Source: an uncultured delta proteobacterium (lineage in GTDB: Bacteria > Myxococcota_A > Polyangia > Polyangiales > Polyangiaceae). From it: a stretch of 64,000 nucleotides of DNA. The notes under the pieces are model-generated. The model was given only the letters and a program-made list of their open reading frames with translations, had not been told where the DNA came from and searched no databases. A program made the translations under genes and the position numbers. Below are positions 29,162-38,165 of the stretch, in pieces; the stretch's first letter is position 1, and each line of letters starts with the position of its first letter. The DNA lies in the NCBI GenBank assembly GCA_963806225.1, contig CAWDXG010000004.1:1760001-1824000 (forward strand), written 5' to 3'.

Positions 29162-31349
29162 CTACGTGAGCATCGCGTAGAAGATCGCAGCGGCCAGGAG
29201 CAGGCCGATGATGATGGCGGCGATGCCGAAGGGGTTGATGATGATCTTCCACCTCGGCCATTCGCCTACGGCCACCGTGTCGTCCAGCTCGCCTTGCTTC
29301 TCCATGCGCTCGTAGAGCGCGGCGCGCTCGTGGCGGAGCTCTTCTTCCGTGATGTGTCCGGAGAACATCACCGGGTCGTATGGGAACTTCTGCGGCCGGA
29401 AGTGGCTGTTGAAGAAGTGGAACACGAAGATGAAGCCCGCCGCCAGCAGCGCCTCGTCGCTGTGGATCACGTGCGCCACGTTGATCACCCAGCCGGGCAG
29501 CACATGGGTCACGACCGCGGGGAACCACAGGACAAGCCCCGACGCCCCGATCATCGCAACGCCCCAGAAGACCGCCATGTAGTCGAACTTCTCCCAGTAC
29601 GTGAAGCGGTCGAACTGTGGCCTTTCACCCAGGCCCACGAACCACTTCATGTGCGCCCAGAACGTCCTTGAAATCCTGCCAGCGCGGGACCGGCGAATCC
29701 GGTCCGAACACCACACTAAAGAGCCGCCGCCAGCTGACGTGACCCTTGTCGTTCAGGTACTTGTCGCGGTTCCTGCGTAGCAGCACGAACAGGCTACCGA
29801 GGTGGAGCGCGAAGTACGCGATCGTCACGATCGCCGCGAAGCGATGCACGCTGCCGGCCACCGACGCGCCGCCCATCAGGCGGAAGAATGCGTGCGCCCA
29901 GGGCGTCGTGTGGTAGCGGAGCGGCATTCCCGTCGCGACCAGCGTCAGGAAGCTCGTGAACACGAGCAAGTGGACGAAGCGGTCCACAGGTCGGAAGCGC
30001 TGATACAGCCGCGCCCCCTTTTCTTCGCGCGCGCGCCGCTTCTCCTCGCGGAACGCTTCCGGGTCGCGCGAGCGCGCTACCAGGGAGCGGATGAACCAGA
30101 GCAGGGTGTGGAAACCGAAGAAGCCGAACACCCCCAGCAAGAGCGCCGTCATGGCGACGTAGGTCCAGTGGACCTTCGGGTAGTGCACCCCGTCGCTCGG
30201 GTCGGCGTGTGCCATGTAGCCGGCGAACTTCGCCGGTGCGCCCGCGTGGCACTTCCGGCAGGTGTTGATGCGGTTCTTCGCCGAAAGCGTGGATGCGGCG
30301 TTGGTGGACGGCAGGATGTCGTGCTGCCCGTGGCAGTCGTTGCACGAAGCGACGGCGACCGCGCCCAGGGCGTGCGCCTGCCCGTGGTACGTATCCATGT
30401 AGCGCTTGAGCCGATCCTCGTGGCAGCTGCCGCAGATCTGGTCGCTGGCCAGCTTGAAGTCCGGGCCCGGCATGACGATGGAATGCGCCGTGTGGCACGT
30501 CTCGCAGGTGGGCGGCGTCTTGCCCTTGCTCACCTCCGAGATGCCGGCGGAAAGCTCCTTTTTGCCGATCCTGGTCGCGCCGGCGGAGCCCAGCTTGACC
30601 CCCTTCTTTGCCGCCTCCGCGCGGAGCGCCTGACCGTGGATGCCTTCGAGATACTTCTCCTTGGGGCCCGTGTGACAGCGGCCGCAGGTTTCCACGATGT
30701 TGTAGCGATTGACCGCGGATCGGGGATCGCTGGCCTTGTAGATGTCGTGCGCCTTGCCGTGGCAGTCCGCGCAGGATGGGGCGACCAAGAGCCCCTGCAC
30801 GACCAGCGCCTGGCCGTGAATACTTTCGAAGTACAGTTGGCCCGCGTACGGGCGCTTGATCCCGAGCTGCTTGGCGAGCTCCGGATTGGCGTGGCATTGG
30901 CCGCAGGTGAGCGGCGTGTTCCGCGGCGAGACCCGCGAGCGGACGTTGCTCGCCGGGCGGACGTCGTGTGCGCCGTGGCAGTTGTCACACCTGGCAGCGC
31001 GATGATTGCCGTTCTTGCGCGCCGTACCGTGAACGCTCTTCAGGTAGGCCTGGGTTTCCTGCGCGTGACACGAGCCGGCGCAATGCGCCTTGCCGGGCTT
31101 GGTTCCCTGCGCAGGCGCGTGACAGTCCGAACAGTCCAGCTTCGAGTGGACCGACGCCTTCAGCGCGTCGCGCACCTTGGCCGGATTCGTCACGACGGGC
31201 CCGGGCGCCAGCACCGGCACCTTGACCTTGCCCTCCTCGGGCTGCCGCTCGGCGGCCTGGAAGCGGCCGCAGCCGACCGTGAGCGCGATCCCCGACAGGA
31301 TCACGCAGCAGAGCGCCAGGACTCGGTTCGTTTTCATCGCCTGCCTCAT
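29162..31349 (-). CDS. cbcL: CbcL-like multiheme c + cytochrome b protein (frameshift ~29663)
   Basis: 9 CxxCH + CAGSCH, then TM region with FVHLL, VHRFAA, RFTYWEKFDY, HVIHSDEALLA, FHFFNSH; deleting one base gives FKDFWAHMKWF. Confidence 0.82.
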
Positions 31350-31364
31350 TCCCCCGTGCGAGAT

Positions 31365-33128
31365 TCACTTCTCGTGGCAGTCCTTGCACTCGCGCGCCGG
31401 CCGCTTGCCGGACGCGTGGCACTGGTAGCACATCACCTTGTCGTGCCCTTTGATATCCAGGTGTTCCTTGGGCATCTTCCAGGGATGCCACTCGGGGAAC
31501 GGCTCGGCGGGCGGCTGTCCCAGCGGCGTCACCGTGCCGCGCTCCGGCATGGTGTGGCACGTCGAGTCGCACTTGTTGGGCAGCACCTTGCCGCTCTTCG
31601 TCATGTGCTTTCCATCATGACAGCGGAAGCACCCCGGCCAGTCGCGATGACCGATGTTGACGGGATACGATCGCCAGTCGACCTTCATCTTCGGAAAGAC
31701 GCCGTGATCGTAGATCGAGATGACCACGTCGATGGTCTTGTCGATGGCCTTCTTCCGTTTCTGGAGGATCTCGGGATACTTCTCCCGGTAGAACCCACGG
31801 ATGTACGCACGGATACCGGCATGCGCGTCCTCGGTTCCGTCGTACTTGCGGAACACTGAATCGACCGCGACCTTCTTGATCCAGGGCAGGTCGGTCGGGA
31901 TCTGTCCCCGGAGGAGCGCCTGATCGACACGGAAGTCGGGGTTCTTGAAGTCGTGCGCGGGCCGGTTGTGGCAGTCCATGCAGTCCATGGTGTGCCTCGG
32001 CAGCTTCGCGAGCGCGCCCTTGGACAGCTTCGTGCCCTTCTCGACGTACACTTCCTCCTTGCCGTTGGCGTGGCGCACCTTCACCCAGGGGATGTTCTGC
32101 AGCTTTTTGTCGGCGGCGGCGAACGTGATGGTGTTGTTCACGACCATGTGCCAGTGGATGCCCTGGCTCTTGCCGTGGGAGGGGTTGCCACCACCGATCT
32201 TCAGATTCAGCGAGATCTGCTCGGCGTCGTTGGTTTCATTGTAGCGGTAGTGCGGCAACTGCAGGAGCGCTGCGCCGGAGAACTTTTCCGGCCAGTGACA
32301 CTTCTCGCAGGTCTCCCGCGCGGGTCTGAGGTGCGCGACCGGAGTCGGGATCGGCGTCTCGTAGCTGTGCGTCAGGACGGCGATGAGCTGGCGCGCGCCT
32401 GACAGCTTGGAGCGGACATACCAGCTCGCGCCTTCGCCGACATGGCAGGCGACGCACGGAACGCGTGCATGGGGCGAGTCCTGGTACGCGGTAAACTCCG
32501 GCTGCATCGGCACGTGGCACACCTGCCCGCAGAAGGTCACCGACTCGGTGTAGTGGAACCCCTGGTAGCTCGCCCAGACGAGCAGCGACGAGACGACCGT
32601 GCCGCCGACGATCAGATACAGGAAGATCCGGCGCTGCCGCGTGTCGTTCAGGTCGATGCGCGGATAGGGCAGGAACTTCAGCGCCTCGGCCCGCCGCCGG
32701 CGTCCTGCCTCCCAGCGCATGCCGATCAGGATCGTCACGACGCCGGCCAGCACGAACGTCGGGAAGATGGCGTAGGTGAAAATGCCGACGTACGGATTGC
32801 TGCCGCCGCTCGTGACGTGGGCGAGCAGGGACAGCAGGATCAGGATCGCGCCGAGAACGACGATCAGCGCTCCGATGTGGCTGACCAGGTTGTAGTAGAG
32901 CGGCCGCTGCCGCCGTCCGTCGTCGTTCCCTCCGCCCCCGGATGAGCTTCCGTCCTCATCGCCGTTGCCGGCCCCGGGCGACGACGTAGGCTCCGCTTCC
33001 TCGTCCTGAAGCGTCGGCTCCGTTTCCTCGCCTTCCGGCGTCGGCTCCGTTTCCTCGCCTTCGAGCGGGATTGTCGGTTCGTCTTGCGTCGTCATCTGTC
33101 GATCCTTGTCGTGACGTTCGTCGTCCAT
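31365..33128 (-). CDS. imcH: ImcH-like NapC/NirT-family inner-membrane multiheme cytochrome
   Basis: 3 TM, FCGQVCH, HLRPARETCEKCHWP, GIHWH, MDCMDCHNRPAH, GCFRCHDGKH; 6 CxxCH + 2 Cx3CH. Confidence 0.85.
   Translation of the reverse strand: MDDERHDKDRQMTTQDEPTIPLEGEETEPTPEGEETEPTLQDEEAEPTSSPGAGNGDEDGSSSGGGGNDDGRRQRPLYYNLVSHIGALIVVLGAILILLSLLAHVTSGGSNPYVGIFTYAIFPTFVLAGVVTILIGMRWEAGRRRRAEALKFLPYPRIDLNDTRQRRIFLYLIVGGTVVSSLLVWASYQGFHYTESVTFCGQVCHVPMQPEFTAYQDSPHARVPCVACHVGEGASWYVRSKLSGARQLIAVLTHSYETPIPTPVAHLRPARETCEKCHWPEKFSGAALLQLPHYRYNETNDAEQISLNLKIGGGNPSHGKSQGIHWHMVVNNTITFAAADKKLQNIPWVKVRHANGKEEVYVEKGTKLSKGALAKLPRHTMDCMDCHNRPAHDFKNPDFRVDQALLRGQIPTDLPWIKKVAVDSVFRKYDGTEDAHAGIRAYIRGFYREKYPEILQKRKKAIDKTIDVVISIYDHGVFPKMKVDWRSYPVNIGHRDWPGCFRCHDGKHMTKSGKVLPNKCDSTCHTMPERGTVTPLGQPPAEPFPEWHPWKMPKEHLDIKGHDKVMCYQCHASGKRPARECKDCHEK
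32985..33065 (-). repeat. Three ~27-bp in-frame repeats in the ImcH-like N-terminus
   Basis: LEGEETEPT PEGEETEPT LQDEEAEPT; edges approximate. Confidence 0.7.
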
Positions 33129-33136
33129 GGCCCCCG

Positions 33137-35377
33137 CTAGTGCTTCACAAAGATATGGCAGCTCGTGCAACTCTGCGCGTTCGGGAAGTGGTTGGCCCGG
33201 TTCTTGTGGCACCTCAGGCAGTCGTTGCGCGTGGGCATCTTCCGCGCGTGCGTCGCGTGGCAATCCGTGCACTTGGCCTTCGCCGCGTGGATCTTGTGCG
33301 CCCCCTGGAGCGACTTGTGGCACGACGTACAGCTCGGCTTCGCGAAGCCGTGCGGCTTGTGGCAGGACGCGCACACCGAGTGGGTGGGCCCGCGACCGCG
33401 CACGGCCTGGACCTGGGACGAGTGGCACTTGTTGCACGCGCTCCAGAGATTCTTCGGCAATGCCTGGTGCACGTCGTGGCAGCCGTTACACGTGTGCCGC
33501 GTCGGCTTGACCTGGCGCGCCTGTTTCTGGTGGCACTGGCTGCAGGCCTTCGGGTGCGTCGGGTTGTGCTTGTTGTGGCAGTTCTGGCAGGACGGGTGCG
33601 CGCTCTTGGGCCAGGTTGCCACGGCCTCGGCCTTGGCCTTGTGGCAGCTTCCGCAGAGCGGCGCCTTGAGCTTGGGACCGTGAGCCGCTTGATGGCACGT
33701 CTGGCACCTCGCGTGCTTGCCAGCAGGCGGACCGATATTCTTGTGACAGTTGGTGCAGGACGCCGCCTTGCCCAGCGGCGGTCCATGCGGCTGATGGCAC
33801 TTCGTGCAGGTGTCGGTGTGCGGACCGATCGTCGGATTCTTGTGGCAGGCCCTGCAGGCGGTCACGCTGGCCGCGAACCTGTGCGGCTTGTGGCAGCTCA
33901 CGCAGCGCTGATGTTTCGGCGGTCCGGCGGTTGCCACCAGCTGCACCTTGTCCGAGTGGCAGACCTTACAGGCCTTGAGCGCATCGAGCGGCGCATGCGG
34001 GGCATGGCATGTCCTGCAGCCGCCCCGGTGCCGCGGTGCCGAGCTCGCAAGCTCGAGCCCCTTCGCCTTGTGGCACCCGGCACACTGCTTCACGTGCTCG
34101 GCATCCTCGTGTGGATCGTGGCAGGTGGTGCAGGCCGGGTGGGGCTGGGGCTTCTTGTCCTTGTGGCAGGTGCTGCAGAAGGTCTGCGGCGCCTTGGCCT
34201 CGTGGGGTTTGTGGCAGTTCTCGCAGTCGTTGTGGGCTTTCGCGTTCCAGGATGCGAGCACCAGCGCCTTGTCGGCATGGCAGTCTCTGCACCCGCTCAC
34301 ACTCGCCTGGAAGCTGTGGGCCTCGTGGCACTTCGAACACCGGGAGTGCTGCGACGCGAGCATCCCGTGCTCCATCTTGTCCTTGTGGCAACGCGTGCAC
34401 GCCGTGACGAGGGAACTGCGCGGACCGTGCGGCTTGTGGCACGTCGTGCACGAGAAGCGGTCCGGCATCTTCGTGTTGTGGAACTCCGTCGTGACCTTCG
34501 CGTGGCAAAGCGTGCAGTCCCGCCCGCGGAAGCGCTTGTCGCGCGACTTGTCGTGCGGCTGGTGACACACGGCGCAGGTCTGCAGGTTGCCGTGGATCAT
34601 CGTCGGCTGGATCGGGTCCGCCTTGACGAACTCCGCGAATCGAGAGGCCGCCTTCGGCTGACTCGCCCGGCCGTGACAGCGCTGGCAGTTCTGCGCAGGG
34701 GTCTGCGCGCCCCCCTCCACCCGGGCCAGGTAGTTGTGGCAGGAAAGGCAGGAAACGGGCTTGCCGTGGAACGCCGTCGCGTGCCCGCCGAAGGTGTGCA
34801 CCTTCTTGTGGCAGCTGGCGCAGGCCTCCGGCCGAGGCGTGGTGCGGTGATTCTTCCACCGGTGGCACGACGAACAGGCGAGCGGCTTGTCCGCCTTGAT
34901 CACGTGCACGAGATGCCCGTTCGTGGTGGCGATGTTCGAGCGTTTCTTCTCCTCTCCGACATGGCAGCTGCGGCAGCGGCCGGGGTCGACCTTGCCGTGC
35001 GGCGTGGTCCGGGTCTTCGAAATCAGGCCGAGCGCCCACTGGTGCAGATTCTGCCCGACGCGGTCTTCGTGGCACGCCTTGCATTGCAGGCTCTTGTGCA
35101 CGCTCGCCTGGAGCTGGTGCACGTCCGTCGTGTGGCACGACCCGCAGAACTGCGGCTGCTCGACGTGCTTCTGTGCGCGGTCCAGGCCAACCAGCGCGAA
35201 GACGACGAGGAGCAGGATTCCGGCCTGCCACCACAGCCAACGGCGGGACCACCATGGCCGGACGGGCGGCGCGGAAGGCGGCCCGGACGCGGCCTCGTCT
35301 TCTTCTTCCTGCGGTTCGGGGCCGTCGTTGCTCAAGGTTAGACCTACGCCAGTGCTGGGAAGCTTGTTAGACAGCAA
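33137..35377 (-). CDS. Membrane-anchored 34-heme c-type cytochrome
   Basis: One N-terminal TM, NapC-like PQFCGSCH start, 34 CxxCH counted; TTG start uncertain. Confidence 0.9.
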   Translation of the reverse strand: MLSNKLPSTGVGLTLSNDGPEPQEEEDEAASGPPSAPPVRPWWSRRWLWWQAGILLLVVFALVGLDRAQKHVEQPQFCGSCHTTDVHQLQASVHKSLQCKACHEDRVGQNLHQWALGLISKTRTTPHGKVDPGRCRSCHVGEEKKRSNIATTNGHLVHVIKADKPLACSSCHRWKNHRTTPRPEACASCHKKVHTFGGHATAFHGKPVSCLSCHNYLARVEGGAQTPAQNCQRCHGRASQPKAASRFAEFVKADPIQPTMIHGNLQTCAVCHQPHDKSRDKRFRGRDCTLCHAKVTTEFHNTKMPDRFSCTTCHKPHGPRSSLVTACTRCHKDKMEHGMLASQHSRCSKCHEAHSFQASVSGCRDCHADKALVLASWNAKAHNDCENCHKPHEAKAPQTFCSTCHKDKKPQPHPACTTCHDPHEDAEHVKQCAGCHKAKGLELASSAPRHRGGCRTCHAPHAPLDALKACKVCHSDKVQLVATAGPPKHQRCVSCHKPHRFAASVTACRACHKNPTIGPHTDTCTKCHQPHGPPLGKAASCTNCHKNIGPPAGKHARCQTCHQAAHGPKLKAPLCGSCHKAKAEAVATWPKSAHPSCQNCHNKHNPTHPKACSQCHQKQARQVKPTRHTCNGCHDVHQALPKNLWSACNKCHSSQVQAVRGRGPTHSVCASCHKPHGFAKPSCTSCHKSLQGAHKIHAAKAKCTDCHATHARKMPTRNDCLRCHKNRANHFPNAQSCTSCHIFVKH

Positions 35378-35564
35378 CCATCTGCCCGTGATAGTCGGGC
35401 CGGAACGTCAAGTCCAAGATATACAGGCCCCCATGTTCCGCAGCTGGATAGCGGATGTATGCGCCGAGTCCGCCGCGTCGGGCCAGGACGTGCCCCTTGC
35501 CCGAGGCGTCACGCCACCTGTTGCGGACTGTCAATCTGAACCGTATGGAATCTGAAACGCAGGT

Positions 35565-35580
35565 AGCAAGCGCCGTGCCT
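35565..35580 (-). promoter_or_regulatory. sigma54 -24/-12 motif
   Basis: Minus strand AGGCACGGCGCTTGCT, upstream of the 34-heme/imcH/cbcL operon. Confidence 0.7.
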
Positions 35581-35664
35581 CGGCCCGACGCACGGCGTCA
35601 ACCGCGCCGGCGTCGGATTCCAGCGATTTCCGGCAAAAGCAAGCGCGGCACGGCGCAATTCTTG

Positions 35665-37956
35665 CTACCCGGGTGTTGCGTCATGCAGAAGCTGCCGCTC
35701 GGCGCCAGCGTCGTCCGCAGCCGGAAGCGTCAACGCGAACTCGCTGCCGCCTCCTTCCACGAGCCGCGCAACCAGACGCCCGTGGTGCTGCAGCACGGTG
35801 TGCAGCGTGAGCGGCAGCCCCATCCCGGTTCCGCTCGGCTTCGTGGTGTAGCCCGGCGAGAATATGGCGACCGGGTCATCGATACCCGCGCCGGTATCCC
35901 GGATCAGTACCTCCCACTCGCCAGCGATACGCGCGAGCGAAACGCCCAGCCGGCGTGTCGGCATGCCCTGCATGGACTCGACGGCATTGTGGAGCAGGTT
36001 GTCGACGACGCTGCGGAGCCGTGAAGGGTTGCCGATCACCACGGCGGGCCCGGAGGAGACAGCGGCCTCGAGCTCGATGTCGTGTTCCTGCAACAAGTCG
36101 CCGTGCGCATCCAGCAGCTCCGACATGAGCACTGCCAGGTCGACCTGCTGGAGCTTCAGCTCGCCGGCGGACGGGTGCAGGCTCAGATACTCGCCGAGCA
36201 GCGTTTCCATGCGGGTCAGCTCGTCGTGGATCGCGCCGAGACGCTTGCGTAGCCTCGTGCGGTCCTCGTTCGATGCGGGCAGGCGATCCAGGCGGCGCTC
36301 GAATAGCTGGACCTGCAGCGACAGACCGTTCAGTGGATTGCGCAGCTCGTCTGCGAGCATGCGACCGAAGGCTCCGATGGTGGTCCATTGTTCCGAGACC
36401 CGCAGCCGCTCCGTCAGCTGCATACGCACCAGCGTCGAGGCCAGCACCGGCGCCAGCCCCGCTGCGGTCTCGCGTTCCTGCGACGAGAATCCCCCCGACT
36501 CGCGCTCCAGGGTCAAGACGCCCACCTTGTGCCCCCCGACCTCGAGTGGCAGAAGGAGCATCCACGGAGCTCTGGAACCCGCGAGCGGGCTGTCGAGCAC
36601 CGTGGGCTCGCTTGGCAACTCGACGGACCCCGGAAGCGGCAGCAGCCGTAGCTCGCGCCTGTCGAGCTGCCATGAGTCCACCGGGCGAGCTGCATCGTCG
36701 ACGCGCGTCAGTTGCGCGCGGTCGTAGTGGATGAGCTGGAAGAGCGACTCGCCCAGCACCGACGGCCCCGGCCCGAGCGACGCCACACTGGCCAGCGAGC
36801 TCGCGATCTCCGCGCGACGCTCGCGTTCCCCCAGCACCCGGCGCGCCAGGCATGCGAGCGTCAACACCTGCGTCAGCGTCTCGACCAGTGCCGCGCGGCT
36901 CCGGGATGTCGCCTCGGCGGCTCCTTCCTCCAGCGTCAGCGCGCAGAGCAGCTCGTCGCGCCATGCGAGGAGGATGACGCGGTTTTCGTCGGCCGCGGAC
37001 TCCATTGCAAAGTGGCGCGCGCCATCGGGCGCCGTTTCGAGCTTTGCGCTCTCGTAGCCGGCAACGCGGGCCATCTGCTCCAACGCCGGGTCGAGCTCGC
37101 CCACACCCGCAATCCAGCCATTCAGCGCCTGCACGAAGGCGCGCGTCGCTTCCTGCTGCTCGCGAAGCTCCTCGAGATGGAGCCGATCCGCCTCGCGGCT
37201 GGCCCGCGCAGCGCGCAGGCCGTCGAGCAGAGCCTGGGCCAGCGTCGCCAGTTCGTTATCGCCCGAACCCTCGCGCAGCAGCGCCTGCTCCGAGCTCTCA
37301 TGGGTGGCAGCCTGCAGGCGACGGATGCGACCGAATACCTCCCAGACGCCGAATCCGATGAATGTGACCAGAAGCAGCGACGCCGCACCCGCAGCCGTGC
37401 CGAACGTGGTGATCGCAGCGGCGCGCGCCTGCAGCGTGTCGGCGATGCCGTGCACGGTGCGGTCCAGCGAGCGGAGCTCGTCGTGCGCGAGCAGGGTGGT
37501 CTGGCGCGACGACCCTTGACGCAACGCATCCCTGAAGCGGGGCGCGAGCTGGTGGTCCCAGCGATCGAGGTGGCGCCCGAGTCGGGCGCAGGTGCGCTCG
37601 TCGGGACAGGCCGGGATGCCGCGCCCCGCTGCTCCGTGGATCAAGGTGACGAGAGCCGCGTGCTGCTCGCCCAGCATTCGCCTGACCGTCTGCGCGCGCT
37701 CGGCAGGGAGCGGCGTGGGAGGCGACAGTTCTTCCTCGATCTGCAGCAGGCGATAGCGGAGCGACGCCGCCAGATCCATCTCGCGCGCGAAGCCCTTGAC
37801 GCTGTGGTTGGCCTCCCGCGAAACGAGCCACGGCCCGAGCGCGAGCACCCCCAGCGCCACCAGCAGCGCGAAGAACCGCCCCCGCAGTGAGCGCAGGGGC
37901 GTCTTCAGCAGGGCGAGCGCACAATATGCGCGATTTCTGGGGGGAGCCGTGCGCAT
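35665..37956 (-). CDS. Sensor kinase-like protein (NarX/PilJ-like sensor, HAMP, GAF-like, HATPase) lacking the phospho-His
   Basis: 2 TM, H-box LADELRNPL, NLLHNA, DTGAGI, GTGMGL. Confidence 0.85.
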   Translation of the reverse strand: MRTAPPRNRAYCALALLKTPLRSLRGRFFALLVALGVLALGPWLVSREANHSVKGFAREMDLAASLRYRLLQIEEELSPPTPLPAERAQTVRRMLGEQHAALVTLIHGAAGRGIPACPDERTCARLGRHLDRWDHQLAPRFRDALRQGSSRQTTLLAHDELRSLDRTVHGIADTLQARAAAITTFGTAAGAASLLLVTFIGFGVWEVFGRIRRLQAATHESSEQALLREGSGDNELATLAQALLDGLRAARASREADRLHLEELREQQEATRAFVQALNGWIAGVGELDPALEQMARVAGYESAKLETAPDGARHFAMESAADENRVILLAWRDELLCALTLEEGAAEATSRSRAALVETLTQVLTLACLARRVLGERERRAEIASSLASVASLGPGPSVLGESLFQLIHYDRAQLTRVDDAARPVDSWQLDRRELRLLPLPGSVELPSEPTVLDSPLAGSRAPWMLLLPLEVGGHKVGVLTLERESGGFSSQERETAAGLAPVLASTLVRMQLTERLRVSEQWTTIGAFGRMLADELRNPLNGLSLQVQLFERRLDRLPASNEDRTRLRKRLGAIHDELTRMETLLGEYLSLHPSAGELKLQQVDLAVLMSELLDAHGDLLQEHDIELEAAVSSGPAVVIGNPSRLRSVVDNLLHNAVESMQGMPTRRLGVSLARIAGEWEVLIRDTGAGIDDPVAIFSPGYTTKPSGTGMGLPLTLHTVLQHHGRLVARLVEGGGSEFALTLPAADDAGAERQLLHDATPG

Positions 37957-38000
37957 CGTCTACTCCGACCGGTGCGGGACCGGTCGGGCAAGCGCACCTG

Positions 38001-38017
38001 GGGCACGTTGTGTGCCA
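38001..38017. promoter_or_regulatory. Palindromic sigma54-like motif between divergent kinase genes
   Basis: GGCAC-GTTGT-GTGCC reads GG-N10-GC on both strands. Confidence 0.5.
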
Positions 38018-38165
38018 GCCCGCCACCCCGCATCTAGATCCGGAGATCCACAGCTCGTGGCCACGGGATCTGTCCCGGAAACAGCACCGTCGCCCGACGC
38101 GCCCGGCGTCTCCAGCTTGACCGACGTCATGGTTTTCCGGGGCCGGGAATGGAGCGGGCCCTGGA

